Below, in pieces: positions 9,174 through 18,375 of a DNA stretch of 46,139 bases. Below the pieces are notes generated by a model. The model was not told the origin of the DNA. It ran no database searches and saw only the letters and a program-made list of their open reading frames with translations. Every line of letters begins with the position of its first letter. Position 1 is the stretch's first letter. The DNA comes from Promethearchaeati archaeon (lineage in GTDB: Archaea > Asgardarchaeota > Heimdallarchaeia > Heimdallarchaeales > Heimdallarchaeaceae), in NCBI GenBank assembly GCA_013166775.1, contig JABLTJ010000029.1, forward strand, positions 1-46,139. The letters run 5' to 3'. A program made the translations under genes and the position numbers.

Positions 9174-10637
9174 TCAGATACACCTATCAACAGCTGATGA
9201 TCCTTTATCATCATATTCAGCTTTAGAAACCCAAAAGTTACGTTCTTCAAAAACCTTCGACCTTGATAGCATCGATCCTCCAATCCAACTAGAAATAAGT
9301 TTGTCATGTTTTGCAGTGATATTAAAAATCATATGATTTGAGACTTTTGCTTTGAAGGATTTTCTGAACCTTTCCATAAAACCTTCATACATCGTACCAC
9401 CCCCCACGAGTAAGATATTTGCATAAAGACTTTTAGCTAATCCTTTATCGCATTTCTGAATTGATTCAATAACGGCATCAGCTAAATCTCCAGGATTACT
9501 CAAAATACTTAGTGGTTCTTCTTCAAATAGAATTTCTGTTGATTTGTATCTGATATCATCCATTTTAACGTGTTTATCTTGAAGAATATTTATGAATCTT
9601 ACATATTTGTCCGATTGCATCAATTTCCTATCTTCTTCTTTGATATTTTGAGAAACATAACAGAGTTCTTCAGACATTAATCGAATGTTTTTGAGCATCT
9701 GATTTTTTTCATGGGGGGAATCTGGAATTACTATGCCTTCTTCTTGTATGTATCTCTCTAGTTGTTTGACAACGTTTAGTCCCCCCTTCTCACGCACACT
9801 CACCCCATGAGAAATAATATAGCATTCATAGATTGGAATTATTCTTGTTGAATTTGCACCTATCCCCACAACAACTCCTGTATCTTGTTCATTAGCATAA
9901 AGTGAGAGAAATTCCCCTAAAGAGAAATATATCTTGGAAATGTTGAAACCATTAAAGAATACTTCTGCCATAACTCGTCTAATTGAGATTGCTGTTTCAA
10001 AACTATTAATATACTTGCATATCTTCTCTTTTCTTAGAAAATCTTTTGCTTTCTCTGGTAAAGAGCTATTATTAATTACATCAAGTCTACCCTTTAAGAA
10101 ATCTGAAAATCTATCTTTGAAATGTTTTTCAACAACCCAAACAGCTGTTTCTAATGGTTTAATTTTAAGTTTCTCAAAAACATGTGAAAGGAATATCTCA
10201 AAAGTAGATTTATCAATTTCTTCACTTTCATCAACTAAACGAAAGATATGGCTGGTTTTCTTTACTTTTTTTTCTATTTCAGTTTTATCTGCATTTTGAA
10301 TAAAAGATTCTCCAGAATCTGTAAAATAAACTGCTGAATCAAAAATATGTCTAGGTTTTTTTTCTCCAGCAAAACCAACTTTAGTTAAAGAAAAGCCAGG
10401 ATCTAAGACAACAATCTTTGGATTTGTAACTTTCTCAACTAATTTAGTAGTGTTAGTTAGTATCTCTTGAATACCTCCAATTCTCATTCGATCATATTCT
10501 TTCAGCATTTTAGAACATTCATCGCAATAATACCCAACTGCTAGCCATTTTCTTTTTTTAGTACCTTTTCTAATGTAAAGTCGAAGCATTACTTTTCCGC
10601 AATGTTTGGGTTTTGATTTCGAATTAATTTGTGTCAT
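9174..10637 (-). CDS. Divergent actin-related protein with an N-terminal zinc-ribbon domain
   Basis: VVLDPGFSLTKVGFAG..P, LSLYA..TGVVV, PIYE, EELCYV, SIQKCD...LYANILLVGGGTMY, SWIGGSML and WVSKAEYDDKG align to eukaryotic actin. The N-terminus has HCGK.M...YCDEC. Probable ATG at 10637 after AGAAGGAAG. Confidence 0.9.
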   Translation of the reverse strand: MTQINSKSKPKHCGKVMLRLYIRKGTKKRKWLAVGYYCDECSKMLKEYDRMRIGGIQEILTNTTKLVEKVTNPKIVVLDPGFSLTKVGFAGEKKPRHIFDSAVYFTDSGESFIQNADKTEIEKKVKKTSHIFRLVDESEEIDKSTFEIFLSHVFEKLKIKPLETAVWVVEKHFKDRFSDFLKGRLDVINNSSLPEKAKDFLRKEKICKYINSFETAISIRRVMAEVFFNGFNISKIYFSLGEFLSLYANEQDTGVVVGIGANSTRIIPIYECYIISHGVSVREKGGLNVVKQLERYIQEEGIVIPDSPHEKNQMLKNIRLMSEELCYVSQNIKEEDRKLMQSDKYVRFINILQDKHVKMDDIRYKSTEILFEEEPLSILSNPGDLADAVIESIQKCDKGLAKSLYANILLVGGGTMYEGFMERFRKSFKAKVSNHMIFNITAKHDKLISSWIGGSMLSRSKVFEERNFWVSKAEYDDKGSSAVDRCI

Positions 10638-10683
10638 CTTCCTTCTTGTAGATGTGTAAATATCCAAGTAAATAAATATTGTT

Positions 10684-10713
10684 GAAGATATATCTTATAT
10701 GTGATATATCTTC
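10684..10713. promoter_or_regulatory. Perfect 11-bp inverted repeat (operator-like) in the divergent actin/DUF1015 promoter region
   Basis: GAAGATATATC-TTATATGT-GATATATCTTC; each arm contains the palindrome GATATATC. Confidence 0.6.
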
Positions 10714-10842
10714 TGTTAATGGTATATCATGGGTTTTAGTTTATAGATTTCAAACTTTGAAACAGAAATCAAGAAAATCGCTGATTTTCATATTCTTATA
10801 CAAAAATTAAAATAGAGTTTCTCATGAAGTTGTTTGATAGGT

Positions 10843-12117
10843 ATGGTAAATATAAAACCATTTAGAGCAATTAGATTTACTGAAAAAGCTGGAAATATCG
10901 AAAACTTGATAGCTCAACCTTATGATAAAATTGATGCAGAAATGCAAAATGAGTATTATGCAAAATCAGCTTACAATTATTGTCGTTTGACTTTACCAAT
11001 TGAAGAGAATAGATATGAAATTTCTAGAGAAAGATTAGTAAAATGGCTAGAGGAACAGATATTAGTCAAAGATGAAGACCCATCAATTTACATCTATTAT
11101 CAAGAATTTGAACTGTTCGGAGAAAAATATGTAAGGAAGGGATTTATTGGAGCTTTACGATTACACCCATTTGATGAAAATATAGTTCTACCTCATGAGA
11201 AGACACACAAAGGTCCAAAGATAGATAGGTTGAACATGCTAAAAACAACAAAACACACTCTGGAAACAGGTTTTATTCTTTATTCAGATCCAGAAAAAAG
11301 AACTCTAGGATTGTTTGATGAAATAGCAGGTGAAATCCCTTTGATAGAAGCGAAAGATGGATTAGGTGTTCTTAATAAAATATGGAAATTGACAGATCCA
11401 GTTAAGATAAGCATAATTCAGGATGTGTTCAAGGATCAACAATTAGTTATTGCAGATGGACACCATCGTTACGAAACAGCTGTGACATATAGAAACATGC
11501 GTAGAGAAAGAGCTGGATTATGGAATGATGATGATGCCTATAATTTCAGAATGACTTATCTCGTTCCTGTTCAAGATGAAGGATTAATTATCTTAGCTAC
11601 TCATCGTTGTTTAACAAAAGTGAAAGTTACTGAAACTAATATGAACGAATTCAGACAATTCTTCGATATGGATGAAATAGGTCAGAATGACATTCCTAAA
11701 TTCCTTGAAAACAATAAAGATAAACATGCTTTCGTCTTTTATCAAAATAACAAAGCAGTTGGAATGACTATGAAACTACCTTCTGATATTAATAGATTTA
11801 CACAAGATGTCAGTGATGATTACAAAGAATTAGATGTAGTTATTCTTCGAGATATGATCTTTCATGGAATAATGGGTTTGGGAGAATTACACATTGATGA
11901 TGATATCTTCTATGAACGATGGTGGAAAGAAGCTCTAGAAGATGTCGATTCTGGTAAATATCAAGTCGCATTTATTCTTAATCCAACAAGTGCAGAACAA
12001 GTCTTAAAAGTTGCTAAAAATCACGAAAGAATGCCTCAGAAAGCTACTGATTTCTATCCAAAGATGATTAGTGGCCTCACAATGCTTAGCTTAGAAGATG
12101 GAGAAAAGATTATCTAA
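10843..12117 (+). CDS. DUF1015 family protein (ParB/Srx-like fold; commonly linked to serC/serA)
   Basis: IKPFRA, PYDKI, PHEKT..PKIDRL, IADGHHRYETA and MPQKATDFYPK motifs. Confidence 0.9.
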   Translation: MVNIKPFRAIRFTEKAGNIENLIAQPYDKIDAEMQNEYYAKSAYNYCRLTLPIEENRYEISRERLVKWLEEQILVKDEDPSIYIYYQEFELFGEKYVRKGFIGALRLHPFDENIVLPHEKTHKGPKIDRLNMLKTTKHTLETGFILYSDPEKRTLGLFDEIAGEIPLIEAKDGLGVLNKIWKLTDPVKISIIQDVFKDQQLVIADGHHRYETAVTYRNMRRERAGLWNDDDAYNFRMTYLVPVQDEGLIILATHRCLTKVKVTETNMNEFRQFFDMDEIGQNDIPKFLENNKDKHAFVFYQNNKAVGMTMKLPSDINRFTQDVSDDYKELDVVILRDMIFHGIMGLGELHIDDDIFYERWWKEALEDVDSGKYQVAFILNPTSAEQVLKVAKNHERMPQKATDFYPKMISGLTMLSLEDGEKII

Positions 12118-12315
12118 CTCTCTTTTTACTCCTTTTCATATTTCCTCCATACTAACATTTTTTTCATTATTATTATTGTAAATATTTAGATAAAGTAAAA
12201 AATGCTTCTACACAAAAGAGTCATCTAAAGTTAACAAACATGAAATTGATAACTGGAATTTCTGAAGATTGACTCAAAAAGTATAAAACAATGAAATAAA
12301 AACAAGAAAGAAGAA

Positions 12316-14415
12316 TTAGAATTCATATTTCTCTAATTCTAATTCTTCACCAAGAAGATAATGACAGAACCACCTATAATTCTGCATTAAAACAGCATAA
12401 CAATCTCTTGCATTAGATATTTCATGCCCATAATTTGGATAGACGAAAAATTCAGTATGAACTCCTTTCTCCTTTAATGCTCTAAATAGTTCATTTGCAT
12501 TTACAACTGGTGTTCTTTGATCTTTCTCCCCATGCTGAATGAGCATTGGTGTTTTAGCTTTCTTGATTCCAGAAATTGGTGCAGTTTTTTCATAAAGTTC
12601 CATTCGTTTCGAGCTGTATGGTGTTCCAGATAACGGCATAGAGTCTCTCATATCAGAACCAATATAGTAATTTCTCCAACTACTAACTCCAGCTCCAACG
12701 CTAACTGCAGTAAATTTATCACTGTGCATAGCTACGAATGCACTTATGAAACCACCTTGACTCCATCCCATACTACCAATTTTTGATTCATCTATATATC
12801 CTTGCTTAACGAGATAATCAATTCCAGTTTCTATATCCCACAAATCACCAACACCTATATTATCTATAAGCAATTCTTTAAACCATTGTCCCTTACCCAG
12901 AGAGCCTCTATAATTTGGTTGCAAAACCAAAATTCCTTTGTTGCATAATGATTTAAATGGATTTGTATGTCTATGTAACGATGAAGCTAAAGAGAGTTCA
13001 GAAATAGAATGAGGGCCACCATGAGGATGTATTAGAAGAGGATATTTCTTTTGTGGATCAAAATTTGATGGTTTGTGTAAAATACCCTCTATTTCTGTTC
13101 CATCTCTGCTCTTCCATCTTATAGATTCAACAATTCCAAAATCCCAATTTGAATATTTAGCATTAATTTTCGCAACATTTATAATTTTTGGACCATTTTT
13201 TGTATTCTTTCTCAGAAATATATCTTCAAGAAATTTTGCAGACTGTCCACTAAAGGATATATTACCATCTACATTAACATCAAATGATCGTTCAATAGAT
13301 AGCCCCTCTAAATCTAATACTTCATAAATTCCTTCTTCATTAAATTTAGCAAGTTCACAACTACTTTCATTATAATAAGATACATATATTCCTGTGTTTG
13401 TCCATTGAGTTCTCAAGGGTTCTTGGTCAAACTTATTAGTTAAACAGAACAAAGAATTCTTAAGATTCTTATCTTCAAGGGAATTTTCATTATTCGCTAG
13501 ATCTAGAATCCATAAATCAGATTGTGTAAGTTCACGGGAGTCTCTTTCCTTAAATGCAATTAAAAGCTTTTTACCATCTGGAGATACACACTTTATATTA
13601 GCTGCAAGTGGTAATTCAATCTTTGTCACTTCACCAATGAAGGAATAGGTTTCAAGTTTTTCATTTTCTTGCTTTAGATTGTTTAATTTTTGTAAAACCT
13701 GATCAGCATTTAGTTTGATTCTATAAAATACTTTTTCTTGAGAAAAATGTATTTCTTTCTTTTTTCTACATGTTAGAAATATAGAATCGAATTTAGGTGA
13801 AACACAGAAAGATTCTATCAAAAAATTCTCATTGAATAATTTTGTTATTTCTAATACAGCATTTGGGAATTTCTTTGTTTCTTCTGGGAAATAGAGATGT
13901 TTATTTTCTTCTATTGATTTAGAAATTTCTATATCTACATAATATAATGCTGAATTCCCAATTTCCTCCTCTACGTGTTTATAAGTTCCAAATTTCTTAT
14001 CCTTATCTTCCTTAGTAGATAGAAAAATAAAGCCATTTCCAAAAACTTCAAACCTTTGCACTGAATTCGAATGGTCTGTTATTCGTGATCCTTCTCCAAA
14101 TTTGTCCTCATAAATGAAAATTTGCCTTTTTTTTGATAATGAATCTTCTCTAATCAAAGCTATAGTATTATCATCTAACCATCTTAGATTTGATGGTGAT
14201 CCACTTTGTACTAGTTTGAATGATTGATCTTTTTCTATATCATAAACGAAACAGTTGCTCTTAATGCTGTTTTCTAAAAGATTGAATTGAGCTGTTGTAT
14301 AAAAGATGTAGCTACTTTTTGGATTTATGCAAGAGTATCCAGTATAAGGAAGAGTTAGAATATTCTTTACTTTAGGTAAGTATTTTTCTTTTTTTACAGT
14401 TTCCATTTTTTTCAT
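12316..14415 (-). CDS. S9 family serine peptidase (prolyl oligopeptidase/acylaminoacyl peptidase-like)
   Basis: HGGP, PNYRGS, GWSQGG nucleophile, HGEKDQR (Asp) and YGH (His); N-terminal beta-propeller-like region. Confidence 0.9.
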   Translation of the reverse strand: MKKMETVKKEKYLPKVKNILTLPYTGYSCINPKSSYIFYTTAQFNLLENSIKSNCFVYDIEKDQSFKLVQSGSPSNLRWLDDNTIALIREDSLSKKRQIFIYEDKFGEGSRITDHSNSVQRFEVFGNGFIFLSTKEDKDKKFGTYKHVEEEIGNSALYYVDIEISKSIEENKHLYFPEETKKFPNAVLEITKLFNENFLIESFCVSPKFDSIFLTCRKKKEIHFSQEKVFYRIKLNADQVLQKLNNLKQENEKLETYSFIGEVTKIELPLAANIKCVSPDGKKLLIAFKERDSRELTQSDLWILDLANNENSLEDKNLKNSLFCLTNKFDQEPLRTQWTNTGIYVSYYNESSCELAKFNEEGIYEVLDLEGLSIERSFDVNVDGNISFSGQSAKFLEDIFLRKNTKNGPKIINVAKINAKYSNWDFGIVESIRWKSRDGTEIEGILHKPSNFDPQKKYPLLIHPHGGPHSISELSLASSLHRHTNPFKSLCNKGILVLQPNYRGSLGKGQWFKELLIDNIGVGDLWDIETGIDYLVKQGYIDESKIGSMGWSQGGFISAFVAMHSDKFTAVSVGAGVSSWRNYYIGSDMRDSMPLSGTPYSSKRMELYEKTAPISGIKKAKTPMLIQHGEKDQRTPVVNANELFRALKEKGVHTEFFVYPNYGHEISNARDCYAVLMQNYRWFCHYLLGEELELEKYEF

Positions 14416-14934
14416 CAGAACGATAAAAACTGGTTTTATAATAAAGAATGGTCACAAGTTGTGATATTTATTTTTTGTATAAACTGGTTAAAATAGGGAT
14501 TTATTTAATTAAAATAACAATTGTGGAAGTACTTGCTCTAGTAAAATCTGCTCTTATTTATTGTTTATCTCAAATGCTTATAATCCCATTATTCCATCTG
14601 GATGACATTTTCTAGAAAGATAATTGGGAAGAAACACAACAAAAATTTATTTTATACTGATTAAAGTTATGGGATTTTATCTTTCCTTTGATTTTATGTT
14701 AATTCCCTGAGTTTAAGGTTAATCTTCCCGTTAAAGTGCAATAATTTGGTTGATGTAAAAATAAAAATGGTTTAACTCTGTTAAGAATTCCAACAAAAAG
14801 CTTCTCTCGAAAAAGCTGGAGATTCACTTACTCAACATGAAAAATAATTTTCAGAGATAGAATGTTGATTAGCTGATTTTTCCATGTTTTTTGTAATAAA
14901 GTCTCTTTAATTTTTCTTTTCTTTTAGAATATTA

Positions 14935-15186
14935 TTATCTTCCAATTTCTTGTTCAATAAAACCTACAATTTCTCCTACAGTATTAAATTCATATAAAAT
15001 ATTTTCAGGCATTATGATATCGAATTCTCGTTCTATAAGAAAAGAGAGGTTAACTAGATCATCTTCGTTCATTCCTAAATCTTCCTGAAAATAAGTATTG
15101 ATTGTGATTTTGCTTTTTCTTACATTTGTTAGTTTCGCAAGGATTTTCTGAAATTTGTAAAAGATAGTCTGATACATTTTCTTCAC
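14935..15186 (-). CDS. Acyl-carrier-protein-like protein lacking the phosphopantetheine-attachment serine
   Basis: I...T.F.EDLG.....V.L...IEREFDI.MP......TVGEIV.FI matches the ACP pattern, but DSL is replaced by NED. The start overlaps the stop of the LLM gene. Confidence 0.7.
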   Translation of the reverse strand: MKKMYQTIFYKFQKILAKLTNVRKSKITINTYFQEDLGMNEDDLVNLSFLIEREFDIIMPENILYEFNTVGEIVGFIEQEIGR

Positions 15187-16118
15187 TACATAATTTTTTC
15201 GTGGAATAGTTTTAGTGGATCTTCTGTAGTTTCTAATTTTCTAACTGTAAAAACCAATCTTTCAATTCCAATTTCATTGATTTGAGTTATTTTTTCTTTA
15301 ATGTCTTCCGGGAACCCTATGATTCGGTTTTTAAGAACTTCCTCTTTTGTAGGTTTTTCCCCTTCTTTATTGCGTCCTATGATTTTACTAATTTCAGTCT
15401 CTAATTCTTCTTGATTATCAACTAAAGTTACATCAGTGAATAAAGAAATTTCAAATTTGTTTGGATTTCTGTCAAAACTGGAAAGTAACTCATTGATATT
15501 GTTAACTTTCAATGCTAGATCTTCGTATTTAGTATAAGGCAGATTTATTCCATCAGCTTCTCTGCAAGCTATCTTTGTCATTCTTTTTCCTAAGGTTCCC
15601 AAGACAATTGGTGGGTAGGGTTTCTGAACTGGTTTAGGAAAGTTTCTGTTATTTTCTAGTATCCAAATTTCCCCTGCAAAATCTGTAGAATCTTCAGTAA
15701 ATAATTTCTTAATAATTGTGAGTGATTCTTCTAGTTCATCTACTCTTCTTTTAGGTGTGGGGAAAGAATAACCGTAAGCTTTGTATTCCTCTTCATACCA
15801 TCCAGCTCCAAGCCAGAGTAAAGCTCTTCCTTTGGAAATATTATCCAAAGTGCTGATTGATTTAGCTAGATGTGCTGGATTCCTAAAGGAATTACAGAGG
15901 ACAATGTGTCCAAGTTTTATTTTTTCCGTTTCTGCAGCTAAAGCACTCATTAACATTAATGCTTCAAGGTAAGGTTCTTTCTTTTCTTGTTTCTCATCAA
16001 AACCAATAAGATGATCGTTTACATGAGCAGAATCAAATCCCATTTTTTCTACTCTGATTGTTAAATCTCTAATTGCTGGATAATTTAGTTCCGATCTAAC
16101 ATAATAGCCAAATTTCAT
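15186..16118 (-). CDS. LLM-class (luciferase-like, probably F420-dependent) oxidoreductase
   Basis: GFDS..VNDH, LAAET..IKLG..V.CN.FRNPA.LAK, TLDNISKGR, LGAGW..EY.AYG and PKPVQKP.PPI motifs. Confidence 0.9.
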   Translation of the reverse strand: MKFGYYVRSELNYPAIRDLTIRVEKMGFDSAHVNDHLIGFDEKQEKKEPYLEALMLMSALAAETEKIKLGHIVLCNSFRNPAHLAKSISTLDNISKGRALLWLGAGWYEEEYKAYGYSFPTPKRRVDELEESLTIIKKLFTEDSTDFAGEIWILENNRNFPKPVQKPYPPIVLGTLGKRMTKIACREADGINLPYTKYEDLALKVNNINELLSSFDRNPNKFEISLFTDVTLVDNQEELETEISKIIGRNKEGEKPTKEEVLKNRIIGFPEDIKEKITQINEIGIERLVFTVRKLETTEDPLKLFHEKIM

Positions 16119-16192
16119 GATTTTAAGAACAATTACGAGTTTATTAATTCTTTGAACTGTATAGAAAAATGAGAAGAAGTGGAAGAAAGGAA

Positions 16193-18142
16193 TTATTTTT
16201 TCTTCCTACTAAAAGCTACCAATAAAATTACCATTACAAAGGGTAAAGGAAACATTTTATTGAATTCTGGAACAACTCCTATGTAACCTGCAGCTTCTAG
16301 CCAATCTTCAGCTTGATTTAAATCTCTTGAATATTGAAATATACCTTCATTGTACCAAAATGACAAATATGGTGGTATTATACTCTGAGATAAATGATAG
16401 TCACCATTATGCAATAAGGTGTTTATTTCTTCCCTATCTATTGTGTAACAGATTGCCTTACGAATAGCACAAGCTTTTGTATATTCTTCTTTTCCAGGTT
16501 CAGTTAGATAGATGTAATTATCAATATCTCCAATTAGAGCTCTTCTCAAGTTGAAAAATAGATACGACATTGACTCATCCAATTCAGAGTGGATTACGAA
16601 TCTAGGATCTGATTCTTGAGCTTCTCTTTCAACAGGAAAATTCGTTATCTCAAAAAGATCTAGTTTTCCTGCCAAATATTCAGCAAGGGCTGATGAAAAA
16701 TCTAGTATCACTCGAATAGATATGGTCTGAAAATCTAAATCTTGAGCTGTTCCATCTATACTTCCAATGCCCATCCAAAATGGGCTTTTCTGAAGAATCG
16801 TAACGGAATTCTTAATGTAGTAATCCAGCATATACTTCCCACAACCGAATACAGATTCACTATATGTTACCCATTGAGGAGTGCTAACAATTTCATCATA
16901 TAATCCGACTGTTTTAACACCTCCATCACTATAGGTTATGGCAGGATTAGTTGAATTGAGGAAAAATTCAGGAAGTAGTGCATAATTCAATGTATCCCAA
17001 AAATTAGAAAAGAAACCTGAAAATATGGTTTGAGTACTGTCATCAATTTCAACCCAGAAGGTTAAAGAATCTACAGAATCAACATAAATGTCACTAATCC
17101 ATTCATGGTAATACGTTTCTTCACTAATGTTTAGATTGCTCCAAGCTAGAAGAGTGAAGACTGCGTCTTTTGCCATAATTTGCTGGTTTGTGCCATCACT
17201 CACTTCAGCTGATTTTAAACCAGACATTAAACTGCCAGGATCTGTAACCTCCCAAACATCTGGGGACGTTTCAGTTAAAAGAGGAGCAGAACTTGATGTC
17301 CTTTCAGTTACATTGAAAGAAGGATTCCAAAATATATTATCTCTTAAAGTGAAACTGAACAAATTTGGATTGCCAATATCTTGTTCCCAATCATTTATTA
17401 TACCAGTATTAACCACTTCACCTCCTGGTGTTATCTGTAACATCGGTTCTGTAACTAAAGAAGAGATTTTTTCACTTGCATCATCATCTTGGAATAAAGG
17501 ATTCATTTCAGACCACATTGCATCGTGGATAATAAACTCGTTTGTAGATACTTGTCCCTCATGCAACCCATTAAATTCCATATAGGGAAGGCAATTCGAA
17601 AGTTGCCATTCTAGATCATATCCTTCCAGATTAGACCAGATAGAAGTATATTTTCTTGCACTGAAAAATGGTAAAGCAGGGACTATTTTATCCATAATTA
17701 GTTGTTGCCAATTATTATAGGCTGTTTGTTTATCACTAAAATCTATGGTTGTTAATCCTAGTTCTAGTAAATCATCACTGAGGTTGCAGTATGGAATGGA
17801 TGATTCAAAACCTGCAATATTCATAAAACCATACTCGTAAAAAGTACTTCTCAGATTTCTGAGATTATGATTAAGATTAACAATAGCTAGATCAAAATCA
17901 TGAGAAATTAATAGGGTCCCTACAAAAACAGACCATTCTTCTAAGATAATATTTACGTCTATACTTATGTCATCTAAATAAATAGCAACATAAGATGCAT
18001 AGTCTGAATGTATACCTCCAGCTTCCGTTTTTAAGATTAAAGTAGCTATTGGATCAGCTGCGAGTGTATTATCTAAAGCTGAAATGCTAAGTGTTCCAAT
18101 ACATATTATAAGAATTAAAGAGACTAGTTGTTTGATTTTCAT
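16193..18142 (-). CDS. Circularly permuted family-5 (Opp/Dpp) ABC solute-binding protein with a signal peptide and PEF-type C-terminal anchor
   Basis: Signal peptide; MNPL...TEPML...FTLRDNIFW, GCGKYML, YLFFN, IRKAICYTIDREEI and A..WLEAAGY motifs; C-terminal VPEF + TM + RKKK. Confidence 0.8.
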   Translation of the reverse strand: MKIKQLVSLILIICIGTLSISALDNTLAADPIATLILKTEAGGIHSDYASYVAIYLDDISIDVNIILEEWSVFVGTLLISHDFDLAIVNLNHNLRNLRSTFYEYGFMNIAGFESSIPYCNLSDDLLELGLTTIDFSDKQTAYNNWQQLIMDKIVPALPFFSARKYTSIWSNLEGYDLEWQLSNCLPYMEFNGLHEGQVSTNEFIIHDAMWSEMNPLFQDDDASEKISSLVTEPMLQITPGGEVVNTGIINDWEQDIGNPNLFSFTLRDNIFWNPSFNVTERTSSSAPLLTETSPDVWEVTDPGSLMSGLKSAEVSDGTNQQIMAKDAVFTLLAWSNLNISEETYYHEWISDIYVDSVDSLTFWVEIDDSTQTIFSGFFSNFWDTLNYALLPEFFLNSTNPAITYSDGGVKTVGLYDEIVSTPQWVTYSESVFGCGKYMLDYYIKNSVTILQKSPFWMGIGSIDGTAQDLDFQTISIRVILDFSSALAEYLAGKLDLFEITNFPVEREAQESDPRFVIHSELDESMSYLFFNLRRALIGDIDNYIYLTEPGKEEYTKACAIRKAICYTIDREEINTLLHNGDYHLSQSIIPPYLSFWYNEGIFQYSRDLNQAEDWLEAAGYIGVVPEFNKMFPLPFVMVILLVAFSRKKK

Positions 18143-18261
18143 TTCCGTTCATCTTGAATAAAATTGTATTGGATTAGAATTATAATATTTAAATCTTTCA
18201 GCACCTTGAAGCTTTCGTACCTATCAAAATATTATTAAAAACCTTGCAAAGATAATAATTT

Positions 18262-18343
18262 AGCTAAGAAAAGATCAATAGTGAGGCTTATTTCGAACTC
18301 TTAGAGCCAGAACCTATAAGTTTCACTGTATGAGATTTTTGCT
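18262..18343 (+). ncRNA. Candidate structured 5' leader (long hairpin) of ssb
   Basis: ATAGTGAGGCTTAT (18278-18291) pairs with ATAAGTTTCACTGT (18316-18329) using G-U wobbles only on the + strand. There is an apical CTC-TTA-GAG hairpin and a TATA-like TTATTAAAA at ~18232-18240. Confidence 0.45.
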
Positions 18344-18375
18344 TGCTCAATAACAAGAAGTAGAAGTGACAAAAA

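Noticed and set aside
14416-14934. ~520-bp AT-rich gap: possible ncRNA, pseudogene or CRISPR
   Set aside because: No repeats, stable hairpin or convincing reading frame found; only short protein-like fragments interrupted by stops.
17127-17585. This and the other short ORFs overlapping long genes on the opposite strand or in another frame (e.g. 2948-3328, 7073-7612, 9934-10299, 38542-38967)
   Set aside because: Fully nested in well-supported genes and without motifs; treated as shadow ORFs.
18291-18315. SECIS-like reading of the hairpin
   Set aside because: It lies 5' of ssb, and no adjacent gene shows an in-frame UGA needing recoding.
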